A stretch of 64,000 nucleotides of DNA, from assembly GCF_004010195.1 (NCBI RefSeq), contig NC_057718.1, positions 22,730,303-22,794,302 of the forward strand, read 5' to 3'. The translations under genes were made by a program, and so were the position numbers. Below are positions 63,434 to 64,000 of the stretch, in pieces. The notes under the pieces are model-generated. The model did not search any database. It saw only the letters and a list, made by a program, of their open reading frames with translations, and was not told the DNA's origin. Within the stretch, counting starts at the first letter, position 1, and each line of letters opens with the position of its first letter. Source of the stretch: Chiloscyllium plagiosum (lineage: Eukaryota).

Positions 63434-64000
63434 ATATATATATATATAAAACATTAAATAAATACAAATCTCATCTCGACTTTATCAGTTAAATCCGCGA
63501 TAACACATCTGCGATTACATTCTTGCGACCTGCAACATGTGTGATTTTTAAATTAAAAGTAAGACTCCAACAAAATAGTCTCATATTCTTGTCTTTAAAG
63601 CGTTCTAAGAATGTAAACAGATTGTGGTCCATGTACACCACCGTCTCCGACACATTGTTCGTGACATACACATGAAAATACTGTCAGGCCAGTTCCAATC
63701 TCAATAGTTCTTTTTCGATTGTGGAGTATTTCCTTTGGTGGATGTTGATCTTCTTTGAAAAGTAACCAACTGGCAGTTCAGTCCCATCCTCGCCTTCCTA
63801 TAGGAGTACAGCTCCAACTCCTATGTCACTAGCATCGATGGTAACTTTAAAAGATCTTGAAAAGTTTGGTGTAGCTGAAATTGGTTTGGTGGTTAATATT
63901 GATTTCAAATAATCGAATACCTCCTGGCATGGTTCTGTCCACCAAAGCTTTGTGTTCTTCTTCAGCAAATTGGTTAATGGTGCCACTACACTGCTGACGT
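62965..64000 (-). mobile_element. Gypsy-group (Gmr1-like) internal region: decayed RT connection and RNase H, truncated by the window edge
   Basis: ORFs 63798-63986 (APLTNLLKK, DASDIGVGAVL) and 63489-63671 (YMDHN, GRKNVIADVLSR*). Confidence 0.88.

Overview
Eukaryotic genomic DNA, almost certainly from an elasmobranch (shark or ray), judged from HE1-type V-SINEs and HER1/CR1 LINEs. The whole window lies inside one + strand gene, a cardiac-type ryanodine receptor (RYR2). I traced 17 consecutive GT-AG exons with consistent phases, equivalent to human exons 85-101, from [10 protein letters not shown] to LLAIIQG. They cover the Ca2+ sensor, EF-hands, S1-S6 and the GGGIGDE filter. An extra in-frame 18-nt micro-exon (1204-1221) sits at the position of the RYR1 ASII exon. 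The introns are dense with CR1/L2-type LINE fragments, tRNA-derived SINEs, one hAT MITE and the 3' end of a Gmr1-like Gypsy LTR element. The least expected signal is about 15 short, often palindromic, TSD-flanked Penelope-type insertions from about five sequence families. They carry minimal type I hammerhead ribozyme motifs, and a few have intact cores in the sense orientation of the RYR2 pre-mRNA. There is one 561-nt N gap. Exon numbering and TE family names come from recalled knowledge, not database searches. Repeat boundaries are approximate unless a TSD is given.
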